A DNA stretch of 60,141 nucleotides from Bacteroides sp. UBA939 (GTDB taxonomy: Bacteria > Bacteroidota > Bacteroidia > Bacteroidales > Bacteroidaceae): contig NZ_DBDF01000038.1 in assembly GCF_002293435.1 (NCBI RefSeq), positions 1 to 60,141 of the forward strand. Reading direction: 5' to 3'. A program made the translations under genes and the position numbers. Of this stretch, positions 27,356 through 37,600 are shown piece after piece (position 1 is the stretch's first letter; the number at the start of each line of letters is the position of its first letter). The notes under the pieces were generated by a model. That model was given only the letters and a program-made list of their open reading frames with translations. It did no database searches and was not told the origin of the DNA.

Positions 27356-28670
27356 TGTTCCAAAAATAAAATTCGGTTTGATACCAGATTGTTTTCAATT
27401 CCCAAAAGGTAGCGTTCGCCAGCAGGAAGGCTGAGAAAGGCTTCCCGCCTGTGATAGCGAGAATATCTATACGGGCAGACTCTTCGATATGCACAGGGAT
27501 TGCTCTCTCTGCCGTGTCTTGTATATAGAATGTATTACCATTGCCCAGCAGTCTGACGTTATCAACCAGCAAGGGGACTTCTTCTGTCAGCGGGTTAGTT
27601 TGCATCACGCTTCTGTAGTACTGTACGGCAACCGACAGGTCGGGAGAGAAAGAGGGAGAGAACGTAGCATCCGTCCATTGCAGGTTCTTCGGCAAAATGC
27701 GCAATATGCCCGTGCCCTGATAGAAATAGGTATCTCCCTGATACACGCCACCGGGAACCAGGTTAAATTCGGGCAATGCTCCGGGAGCCATAAAGCTGAG
27801 ATAGATTCCCGACCTTCGGCTCGACTTGCCATACAGCCAAAAGGCATCCACTCGCAAATCGTTCACTTTCCGGTTCCTTATGGGCAACGCCAACCATTGG
27901 TCGCTGACCGGTTCGCCTGACATTACTTCCTCCTTTGCCTGCGAATATCCTATCTGAGTACGCACTTCCGCTTGCCAGTCGGTGGAAAGGTGTTCCAGGT
28001 TCTTATAACTCTCTGCCAGAAGATACAGCTTACCCAGTTTGTCGGTCAGTTCATATTTCCAACTGTCTGCATAATAGTTTATCTCTTGAAGCGACCGCAA
28101 CCTGCCTGCCAATCCGCCGGCTTGCGCATCGACCATTCTACGCGAGATTGCCTCGAACAGCGTATATGCCCTTTCCGGTACATTCAGCAGTCCGTTGCGA
28201 AGTAAGTCCTTCATCCATATCTGAAGATCGTCGATGCCTCCCAATACCTTCTGATGGCGCACGGCTTGCCTTTTGGCTTGCGCCGCTTCGTCTACCGGAG
28301 CGCTTGCTTTCTCTTTTTGTTCTTTCTTCTCTGCTTTTACTTCCCGTTTAGAGAGCCAGGCGGTTACCCACTCCGGTTCTTCGGCTTCCTTGAACAGGCC
28401 GGCGTGGGCGATGCACATAAATAAAAGCCCAAGCCCGTGTTTACAGGGGAATTTGCGGCTCGGACAAGAACATTTGAATGCAATATCCTTTGTATCGACC
28501 ACTGTTTGATAAGGAGTCTTCCCGCTACCCTGGCAATGCCCCCAGACAGCGCGGTCGTTATGTTCCAGAAGTACCCATTTCGTTTGGCTTGCCAGTCCCT
28601 TTCCCGCCTTGACGGATGCAGCATCCGGAGCCAGCTGACTGATTTGTTCTTCTGTTAAATTTAATAGCAT
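27342..28670 (-). CDS. SWIM zinc-finger protein (YehQ-like)
   Basis: LAPD.AS.KAG..L, WG.CQGSG..PY, SWIM motif CSCPSRKFPCKH, RMVDAQA.GLA. Confidence 0.9.
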   Translation of the reverse strand: MLLNLTEEQISQLAPDAASVKAGKGLASQTKWVLLEHNDRAVWGHCQGSGKTPYQTVVDTKDIAFKCSCPSRKFPCKHGLGLLFMCIAHAGLFKEAEEPEWVTAWLSKREVKAEKKEQKEKASAPVDEAAQAKRQAVRHQKVLGGIDDLQIWMKDLLRNGLLNVPERAYTLFEAISRRMVDAQAGGLAGRLRSLQEINYYADSWKYELTDKLGKLYLLAESYKNLEHLSTDWQAEVRTQIGYSQAKEEVMSGEPVSDQWLALPIRNRKVNDLRVDAFWLYGKSSRRSGIYLSFMAPGALPEFNLVPGGVYQGDTYFYQGTGILRILPKNLQWTDATFSPSFSPDLSVAVQYYRSVMQTNPLTEEVPLLVDNVRLLGNGNTFYIQDTAERAIPVHIEESARIDILAITGGKPFSAFLLANATFWELKTIWYQTEFYFWNNEPD

Positions 28671-28713
28671 AGCATATATTTATCAAGTATTTTATTGCTT
28701 ATATACAAACAAC

Positions 28714-29901
28714 TTACACAGGTGGCAGCCGATAGATTGCATGACGCAGTTGTTCCAACGCCTGCTTGATCACAGACCGCGGTGTGGCTACATTCAGCCG
28801 CATAAACCCTCTGCCTTCCACACCAAACGTTTCGCCGTCATTCAATGCCAAGCGGGCTTTCTCTACAAAGAGGGATACCAATTCCTCATGCTCCAGCTTC
28901 AATCCACGGCAATCCAGCCACACTAAGAACGATGCCTGTGGACGCAACGGCTTAATCTGAGGCAAATGATTTGCACAATAATCAATCACATAATCTATAT
29001 TTCCCTCCACATAGCGAAGCATTTCCCTGCGCCAAGGTTCACCCTCGCAGAAAGCGGCAACAGTGGCAATGGTAGCAAAGAACGTAGGATCGTCCAATTC
29101 ATTCGCCTTTAGCCAGGTAAAGAAACGATGCCGGATATCATCATCGGGTACTATGGCATAAGAACTGACAATACCGGCAATATTAAAGGTTTTGGAAGGT
29201 GCGCCGAATGTGATGCTACACGCGGAAGCCTCCTTTGAAACCGTAGCAAACGGTATGTGTTTATTATCCCAAAGCGCCATGTCGCAATGTATCTCATCGG
29301 ACAACACAAGAATGTGACGTCGATAGCAGAAATCCGCCAGACGAACCAACGTTTCCCTATCCCATACAATCCCTGCCGGATTATGCGGATTGGAAAGAAT
29401 CAACATGCGGCACTTCTCGTCGGCAACCGCCTCCAAATTATCAAAATCCATCGAATAGGAACCATCCTCGTTTTCATGTAGCGGATTATATACTACTTCA
29501 CGTCCGTTTCCTTGCGACGTAAGGCGGAAAGGATGGTATACGGGCGGCTGGATAATCACCTTTTCATCCTCTTTCACAAATACGTTGATAGCCATGCCGA
29601 TGCCTTTCACAATCCCCGGAATGTACGCCAACCATTCGCTCTTTACCTCCCATTCGTGGTGGGAAGCAATCCATTGGATAATTGCAGGCCGATACTCTGC
29701 CGGTTCTATTGTATAACCGAACAGCGAATGTTCCAGCCGCCGTTGCAAAGCCGCGGTAATGAAAGAAGGTGTCTCGAAATCCATATCCGCCACCCATAGC
29801 GGAAGCAAATCCGCACGTCCGTAGCATTCCCGCAATACTTCCAGCTTCACGGCGTCTGTACCTCTGCGGTCTATTATCTTGTCAAAATCATATTTTCCCA
29901 T
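28714..29901 (-). CDS. MalY/PatB family PLP-dependent C-S lyase (cystathionine beta-lyase-like)
   Basis: LPLWVADMDF, NPHNPAG, SDEIHCD, APSKTFNIAG, GFMRLNVATPR. ATG at 29901 preferred. Confidence 0.93.
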   Translation of the reverse strand: MGKYDFDKIIDRRGTDAVKLEVLRECYGRADLLPLWVADMDFETPSFITAALQRRLEHSLFGYTIEPAEYRPAIIQWIASHHEWEVKSEWLAYIPGIVKGIGMAINVFVKEDEKVIIQPPVYHPFRLTSQGNGREVVYNPLHENEDGSYSMDFDNLEAVADEKCRMLILSNPHNPAGIVWDRETLVRLADFCYRRHILVLSDEIHCDMALWDNKHIPFATVSKEASACSITFGAPSKTFNIAGIVSSYAIVPDDDIRHRFFTWLKANELDDPTFFATIATVAAFCEGEPWRREMLRYVEGNIDYVIDYCANHLPQIKPLRPQASFLVWLDCRGLKLEHEELVSLFVEKARLALNDGETFGVEGRGFMRLNVATPRSVIKQALEQLRHAIYRLPPV

Positions 29902-30157
29902 TGAATTGTTCTTCAATTATAGTTGTATCAAGAATATCCATACTGTGCCGTTGTTCGTCGGTAAACGGGGCAAAGATAATACTTACAAAATGAATGGCAA
30001 GTATTTTGTTATCAGTATCCTTTCATCACCATAAGCAAATAGATAAATTATATTAAAAACACATAAAAAGCTATCAGTATCCGTCTGTTTGATTGTTACT
30101 CATATACAATGCGAATCAGTAGCCTGTGATTCGCATAACAATTAAAACATAGTATGT

Positions 30158-30658
30158 ATGAAAACAATTAGAATGATTTTTTCTGTATTGCTAATTGCAG
30201 CAATATGTATCCCGCTTCTTTCCGCACAAACAAAAAAAGAAAAGAAAGAGCAAAAGCAGCAAGTCGTAAAAGAACTCATTATGTCAGAGGCATATAAAAT
30301 AGACGTAGACAGAGCCTTCCCTACAAGAGGACGGTCTATTACGCTGACTTCACCTTATTCCATAGAAATAAGAAATGATTCCGTGATATCTTACCTCCCA
30401 TACTTTGGACGCGCTTATTCCATTCCTTATGGTGGAGGAGACGGATTGAACTTCAAAGCTCCGCTCAATGAATATCAAATGGAATGGAACAAAAAGGGAA
30501 CAGCCAAGATTAAATTCACGGCACGAAATACGGAAGATAATTTTGAATTCAGTATAGATATATACGACAACGGTTTGTCCTCCATACATGTAAATATGAA
30601 AAACCGAGAGTCTATCAACTTTCAGGGAGAACTATTTATAAATAATGCGAATCAGTAG
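30158..30658 (+). CDS. DUF4251 family exported protein
   Basis: Signal peptide, QTKKEKK, LTSPY...IRNDSV.SYLPYFGRAY..PYGGG.GL.F. Confidence 0.85.
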   Translation: MKTIRMIFSVLLIAAICIPLLSAQTKKEKKEQKQQVVKELIMSEAYKIDVDRAFPTRGRSITLTSPYSIEIRNDSVISYLPYFGRAYSIPYGGGDGLNFKAPLNEYQMEWNKKGTAKIKFTARNTEDNFEFSIDIYDNGLSSIHVNMKNRESINFQGELFINNANQ

Positions 30659-30726
30659 TTAAAGAAGTCAAAGGAGTCGTCATTTAGGTAATGGCAGTTA
30701 ACAGAATAAGGTCCGATACCTGTCAT

Positions 30727-30811
30727 CTCCGTATCTGCTCCGTACCTGCTCCGTATCTATAGGAACGGAGCAGATACGGAGTTGGTACGGAGCAGATACG
30801 GAGCTGGTATC
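30727..30811. repeat. Palindromic array of 11-bp units
   Basis: CTCCGTA(T/C)CT(G/A) x3 (30727-30759), then inverted units CAGATACGGAG / TTGGTACGGAG / CAGATACGGAG (30771-30803). Confidence 0.85.
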
Positions 30812-30959
30812 CATCATTCCCTCGCATACTTTCTCCTCTTAAAAGAAAAGCTCTGTACCTCCGTGCCTCTGTGTGCTATTAACTAAATTCTCATTTATAA
30901 AACAAATGAACCGATATTAATTCATATATTTGCATTCGTTACTAAGAACTAAGTAGATT

Positions 30960-32396
30960 ATGAATATCAGATTTTTATTATTTCTCTTTATTTGCTTCTC
31001 ATTAAGCGCCTGCGAGAAAGACGATTCAACCGGAAGTGATGATCGTTCTGCTACTTTGAAATGGATAGAAAACACCATGCGCGAGCATTATTACTGGTAC
31101 AAGGAAATACCGGCCGCCGGAAAACTGAATTACACCCGTGAACCGGAAGATTTCTTCTATTCATTATTATCTAAAGAAGACGGGAAGGATTATATGAACT
31201 CTGCCGGGCAGATGCAACACTATTATTTCTCTACCATTGAGGAACTTTCAGATGGAGATACGCGAAGTTCCATACAGGAAGATAACTCATACGGATTTGA
31301 ATTCACCACTGTATACATCAACGATGCCAAAGAGCTATACGCACTTATTCTATATGTATTGAAAGATTCTCCGGCCTATGAAGCAGGACTGAGAAGAGGC
31401 GACTGGATCATAAAAATCAATGATAAAGCTATCACAGATGCAAACTATCAATCTCTGTTTGGAGATGAAGCATGCACATTGACTATGGCGAAGTGGAATT
31501 CAACCGACAAGAGGTTTGTTGTCCAGCCCGATAATGTAGAGATTGTCTCAGCACGCAAGGTTGAAGACAATCCGGTTTATTTCTGGGATGTGATAGAAAG
31601 TCCGGTAAAGAAGAAACGCATAGGCTATCTGGTTTACAATCACTTCTCTATGGGCAAAAATGATGATGATACTTCTTATGATGATAAATTGAAAGAACTC
31701 TCCGGATCCGAATTCAATGGGGTGGATGAATTCGTATTAGACCTGAGGTATAACAATGGCGGATTCATATCATCCGGAATTTTATTGTGTTCCATCTTGC
31801 AACCGGGAAGTGCGCTCGGAACGGAGTTAGGCTATATGCAATATAATGACAAACAAAGGAACCGGAAGAGATCCTTTAAAACAGGAACGGAGCAACTTGG
31901 TACGACAGGACGAAATCTGAACCTGAGAACATTATATGTATTGGTAAGTGGTTCCACAGCTTCTGCTTCGGAAATGGTAATCAACTCATTAACGCCATTT
32001 ATGAATGTAGTGGTAATCGGTGAAACTACCATCGGCAAGAATGTCGGTTCAGTGGAATATACAAGCAACGACAAGAAGTGGGAGATGCATCCGATTGTAT
32101 GCAAGATATATAACTCCACAGGATTTACGGAATACGAAGACGGGATAGAACCGGATGTAGAACTCAACGAAGCTTTTATTCCCGTAGCTCCCAGAGTAGT
32201 GGAACCGACAGAAGTACTTCCTTTAGGCAATCCGGAAGAACGTTTATTAAAAGCCGCCATTGACCTGATTGACGAAACAACCACCAAAACCCGGAGCACT
32301 GATACGCCGGGTATGGTAACTTACAGAAAAGCGCCTATTAATTCCATAGACAGAAAAGCAACCGGCAGTGTGATTATTGACACGCACGGTATATAA
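30960..32396 (+). CDS. S41 family (C-terminal processing) peptidase lipoprotein with PDZ domain
   Basis: Lipobox LSAC, PDZ SPAYEAGLRRGD, LDLRYNNGG, catalytic TASASE, GKNVGS. Confidence 0.92.
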   Translation: MNIRFLLFLFICFSLSACEKDDSTGSDDRSATLKWIENTMREHYYWYKEIPAAGKLNYTREPEDFFYSLLSKEDGKDYMNSAGQMQHYYFSTIEELSDGDTRSSIQEDNSYGFEFTTVYINDAKELYALILYVLKDSPAYEAGLRRGDWIIKINDKAITDANYQSLFGDEACTLTMAKWNSTDKRFVVQPDNVEIVSARKVEDNPVYFWDVIESPVKKKRIGYLVYNHFSMGKNDDDTSYDDKLKELSGSEFNGVDEFVLDLRYNNGGFISSGILLCSILQPGSALGTELGYMQYNDKQRNRKRSFKTGTEQLGTTGRNLNLRTLYVLVSGSTASASEMVINSLTPFMNVVVIGETTIGKNVGSVEYTSNDKKWEMHPIVCKIYNSTGFTEYEDGIEPDVELNEAFIPVAPRVVEPTEVLPLGNPEERLLKAAIDLIDETTTKTRSTDTPGMVTYRKAPINSIDRKATGSVIIDTHGI

Positions 32397-32544
32397 AAGT
32401 CATATCCTCATTTCATGGTTTATAGCATAAAAAGAAAGAAAACTCTGAAAAGCAGAATAAAACACTTGAACATAGCTGCTATGTACATTGTTATATATCA
32501 AAAATTGAATTACTAAATTTGTAACACATTAAAAAGAAGAAAAC

Positions 32545-33222
32545 ATGAAAAAGAGAAAATTTACAGCATTGCTGTTAATCGGTGTTCTATTGTTGGTTAG
32601 TTGTAGTACAATGAATAACACCACAAAAGGTGGTGTCATTGGTGGTGGTTCGGGTGCAGCAGCCGGAGCAATCATCGGCGGACTCGTAGGTAAAGGTAAA
32701 GGCGCGGCTATCGGTGCAGCTATCGGCGCTGCCGTAGGTACAGGCACAGGAGTGATTATCGGTCGTAAGATGGATAAGAAAGCTGCCGAAGCCGCCAAAA
32801 TTGAAGGCGCACAGGTACAGACAGTGACCGATACCAATGGACTTTCAGCCGTAAAGGTAACTTTTGATTCCGGTATCTTGTTTGGCTTTAACTCTTCCGC
32901 ATTGAGCAACACTTCCAAAGCGTCCTTGCGTGACTTAGCCCGGATTTTGAAAGAAGACCAGACTACGGATATCGCCATCACCGGCCATACGGACAAGGTC
33001 GGTACTTATGAAGCCAATATAAAAGTGTCGAAAGACCGTGCTTATGCCGTGGAGAATTATCTGCAGGAATGCGGTGTATCTCCTTCCCAATTCAAAAAAG
33101 TAGAAGGTGTAGGTTACAATGAATACGACGACACCATGACAGCTACCCAGAACCGTCGTGTAGACATTTATATGTACGCCAGTGAACAGATGATTAAGAA
33201 TGCCGAAACAACAGGTAAATAA
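32545..33222 (+). CDS. OmpA-family lipoprotein with glycine zipper
   Basis: Lipobox LLVSC, GAAIGAAIG repeats, FDSGILF, ITGHTD, S.DRA.AV, NRRV. Confidence 0.93.
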   Translation: MKKRKFTALLLIGVLLLVSCSTMNNTTKGGVIGGGSGAAAGAIIGGLVGKGKGAAIGAAIGAAVGTGTGVIIGRKMDKKAAEAAKIEGAQVQTVTDTNGLSAVKVTFDSGILFGFNSSALSNTSKASLRDLARILKEDQTTDIAITGHTDKVGTYEANIKVSKDRAYAVENYLQECGVSPSQFKKVEGVGYNEYDDTMTATQNRRVDIYMYASEQMIKNAETTGK

Positions 33223-33264
33223 TCGCTAATCACAGATTACTTTAAAAAGATATTTTTCATTTGC

Positions 33265-33322
33265 AGATTACACGGATAGCGCAGATTTATTTAACTTTAA
33301 ATCAGTGTTATCCGTGTAATTT
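33265..33322. terminator. Long imperfect hairpin after ompA-like gene
   Basis: AGATTACACGGATAGCGCAGATTT ... AAATCAGTGTTATCCGTGTAATTT. Confidence 0.5.
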
Positions 33323-33378
33323 GTTTATATTTGTAGCTTTAATCAAACGATTATTTGTGGTTTCAATCAGATGACCGA

Positions 33379-34626
33379 ATGAAAAAAGCAATATTACTTC
33401 TCTCAATAAGTATCATCTGTTGCGGTTTGTATGCCCAACGCACAGAGGTCTTCACACCGCATATACGTACGGTACAGGTTATTGCCAACCATGATTATAC
33501 GGTTCCGGCAATTATTCAAACGGAAAGAGACGAATCTCTTGAAATTTCTTTCGACCATCTCACACACGAATACCACCGGTATCAATACATCCTGACTCAT
33601 TGCAATACCGACTGGACTCCTTCCGACCTGTCTGAAACCGAATATCTGGACGGTTTTAATGATAACCCGGTAGAAGACTACGAAATATCAGTCAATACGA
33701 CCCTCCCCTATACCCATTACCGCCTGACGTTACCCAACGACCAGGTGCGACTAAAACTTTCAGGCAATTACCGCCTGACAGTCTATGATGATGCGGAAGG
33801 AAGCAATAAACCTGCATTCAGCACCTGCTTCCGGATATTGGAGAAAAAGGTAAATGTATCGGCGCAAGTCAGTAGTGATACGGAAATAGACCGCAACAAG
33901 ACACACCAGCAAGTCAGCTTCGGTATTCAGTATAAAGGATATCCAATTCGGAATCCGCAAAATGAAATCAAAGTATATGTGTTGCAAAACGGACGTACGG
34001 ATAACCAGGTCACGAATCTTTATCCCTCATACATCGGCCCCGACCAGCTACGCTACGAACACAACCGCGCCTTGATATTCGCCGCCGGAAATGAATACCG
34101 CCGTTTCGAAATGGTAAGTACCCGGTATGCTTCGCAAGGTGTAGAGGGTATCCGGTATCACGCGCCCTATTACCACGTCAGTCTTTATCCAAACGAACCG
34201 CGCTTGCTAAACTATAGTTATGATCAAGACCAAAACGGGCGCTTTGTGATACGCTATAATGAAGCGGTAGATAACAATACGGAAGCCGATTACTTCTTTG
34301 TACACTTCTCTCTGTTATGGGAAAATCCCCTTGAATCGGGAGATTTCTATTTGCAGGGAGCTTTCACTCATGATAACTTCAATGCCGGAAGCCGGTTGGA
34401 GTATAATGCCGAAACACATGCTTATGAGAGTACTCAACTACTAAAACAAGGAGCATACAATTACCAATATCTATATGTAGCCCCCGGCAGTACGAAAGGA
34501 AGTACCGCACAGGCGGAAGGTAATTTCTACGAAACAGAGAATGAATATCTGATTCTTGTCTATCAACGCGCCTTCGGAGAAAGATACGACAGGCTGATAG
34601 GAATGCAACAGGTCAGTTATAAATAG
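33379..34626 (+). CDS. DUF5103 protein (T9SS Plug-like family)
   Basis: Signal peptide MKKAILLL, HCNTDWTPS.L, Y.HY.L.LPN, SGNY, F.AGNEYR.F, LKQG.YNYQY, GNFYETENEY. Confidence 0.8.
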   Translation: MKKAILLLSISIICCGLYAQRTEVFTPHIRTVQVIANHDYTVPAIIQTERDESLEISFDHLTHEYHRYQYILTHCNTDWTPSDLSETEYLDGFNDNPVEDYEISVNTTLPYTHYRLTLPNDQVRLKLSGNYRLTVYDDAEGSNKPAFSTCFRILEKKVNVSAQVSSDTEIDRNKTHQQVSFGIQYKGYPIRNPQNEIKVYVLQNGRTDNQVTNLYPSYIGPDQLRYEHNRALIFAAGNEYRRFEMVSTRYASQGVEGIRYHAPYYHVSLYPNEPRLLNYSYDQDQNGRFVIRYNEAVDNNTEADYFFVHFSLLWENPLESGDFYLQGAFTHDNFNAGSRLEYNAETHAYESTQLLKQGAYNYQYLYVAPGSTKGSTAQAEGNFYETENEYLILVYQRAFGERYDRLIGMQQVSYK

Positions 34627-34662
34627 AGAATAAAATTAAATACATAACATCAACAACAAGCT

Positions 34663-37600
34663 ATGAAACGCATCGGAATACTACTCACCCTCTGCATAAC
34701 CGCCATCACCCTCTGCCCGGCGCAACTCCCTCACACCTTCACCCAATACACCTCCGAGGACGGGCTGGCACAAAAGAACATACAAGGAGTAATACAAGAC
34801 CATAAAGGAATCATGTGGTTCGCCACATGGGACGGACTTTATGAGTTCGACGGATATACGTTCAAGAACTACAAAGCACACCCGGGCGACAGTATCGGAC
34901 TGAGCAATAACCGGTTGGACAATATAAAAGAAGACCGGTACGGATACATCTGGGTACAAAGCTACGACCACCACGTCTATCGCTTCAACCCAAAGACAGA
35001 ACAGTTCCAGGCTATTCCATACAGTGAGTATTCGTCTCAAAGCCTGTACGTACTGCCATGTGGAGATGTGTGGGTAGTTACGGTACAAAACGAATTGATT
35101 CACATCACCACCCACCCGGAAACCGGAATCATGAAAGCCTCCAATTTCCGGAAAACCTATCAGATTCCACACTTAGAACGAGTAAACCGGGTTTGGCAAG
35201 ACCAACAGCAAAACCGGTGGATATTAACCGAGAACGGGTTATACAAACTAAGCACCCGTGGAAATAAAACAGAACTTTCATCCTATTTCGTCGCTCCTCC
35301 CCAAAAAGATAAGCTATCCTTTTATGATGCATTAGAGAGTGGAAACACAATCTACTTTACCTCAAAGCGGGGAGACATATATGAACTCAACCTGGATAAC
35401 AACCAGTTCACGAAACAGAAGGTAGAAACTCACTCTTCTCTTAAGATTATCCGCCGGCTCAAGGACGACAAACTGCTAATCTGCACTGCCAGCGACGGCT
35501 TCTTTATCTACGAACAGAAAAGCAAGAACGTCCGTCATTACAACACCCGCAATTATCCTTCTTTAAAGGACGATTACATAAGGGATGTATATATAGACTC
35601 GCACAATGACATCTGGATAAGGCATCAAATCAAAGGAGTAACCCACTTCAATCCGGAGAAGGAGAAGTTTGATTACTTCATCCTTCAGGATAAATATGGA
35701 AAAGACATCACAGGGGCGCGACCGGAGGTGTTTATCAACGAAGACATCAACGGATTCCTATGGGTACACCCCTCCGGTGGCGGACTGGCTTTATACGACC
35801 GGGAGAAGAACCGCATACGACCATTCTACAACCCTGCCTTGCAGTCCGGCTGGAGTTCCGACAACCGGGTTACTGCCGTCTTCACCGATAAACAGGGAAA
35901 CCTGTGGTTTGCCTCGTTCGACAACGGGTTACAGAAAGTATCTTTCAGCGCCAACCGTTTCCAGTTACTCACGTCAACGCCGGACGACCCGGAGTTTCCG
36001 GGAAACAATATCCGCGCCATCTATCAGGACAGAGATGGCTATATATGGACCGGCGGCAAAGATAAAGCAGTACGCATTTACGATAAGAACCTGCACTACG
36101 TAGGCAACCTGACCAAAGAAGGAACTGTTTCCATGCATCGCGCAGACCAGTTGGGAGTTGTCTACACCATCATGCAAGACCACGAAGGCGTCATCTGGAT
36201 AGGCACCAAAGGCAACGGACTGTTTGCCGCACGCCCCGGCAATAAACCACTGAACTATCACCTCACCCAATACACCACGGATACGGACAACGCCTATAGC
36301 CTGAGCGGTAACGAGATTTACAGTCTGCACGAAGACAGCCGCCACCGGATATGGATTGCTACCTTTGAGGGCGGCATCAACTACCTGGAACGGGGTGCAG
36401 ACAAAGAAGACGTGAAATTCATCAATTACAGGAACAGGCTGAAAGATTACCCCATCAGCCAATGTTACCGCACACGCTTCGTAACATCCGACCCCGAAGG
36501 AAGAATATGGATAGGCAGCTCCGACGGGTTATTGATGTGCAACGGAAATTACAGTAAAGCAGAAGACATCGTTTTCCACCGGTATCACCGCATACCGGGA
36601 GACAGCCTGAGTCTTAGCAACAACGATATACACAACATCTTCTTCACCCGGAATAAAGAAATGTATGTAGGTACTTTCGGGGGCGGACTCAACAAACTAA
36701 TATCATTCGACCATGCACAGGCACGCTTCCATGCCTATACCATGAAAGATGGTTTCCCGTCGGACGTATTACTGTCTATCGAAGAAGATAAAACAGGCAA
36801 CCTGTGGTGCGCCACCGAAGAAGAACTTTATAAATTCAACCCGGATACGGAAACGTTTATCAGCTATCCCTCCAGGGTTTTCCCGCGGCAAGTCATTTTC
36901 AACGAAGGAGCTGCCCTGCACACGCAGTCGGGACAGCTCATGTACAATACCATAAAAGGTATCCTCTACTTCCTGCCCGATTCTATAAAAACGAGCAACT
37001 ACATACCTCCTATCATCTTCACCAACCTGCAACAGGCAAAGAAGACCATAACTCCCGCAGAAGGCGGCATACTGACCACACACATTGACGATACGAAACT
37101 CCTGAAACTGCCGCACGACAAGAATAGTTTCAGCATCCAGTTTGCAGCCTTAGACATGAAGTACCCCGACGACATTTCCTACTCCTACCGGCTGGAAGGC
37201 TTCGAGAACAACTGGAATGACATCGGCAACCAGCGAACCGCCACTTATACCAACCTGCCCAAGGGGCACTACACCCTGAAGGTGCGCTCCACAAACAGCG
37301 ACGGGATATGGGTGGACAATACGCGCACGCTCGCCATAACCGTACTCCCCTCCTTTTGGGAAACCCCGTGGGCATATTCACTTTATGTACTTTTCATCTT
37401 ATTAATCATTTTCGCGGCAACCTATATTCTCTTCACCATTTTCAGGCTTAAGCATAAAGTGTCCGTGGAGCAGGAGATATCGGATATCAAATTGCGCTTC
37501 TTCACCAATATATCCCACGAGCTGCGTACCCCGCTGACGCTGATTGCCGGACCGATAGAGCACGTGCTGCAACACGGCAAACTGGATAATGAAGCAAGGG

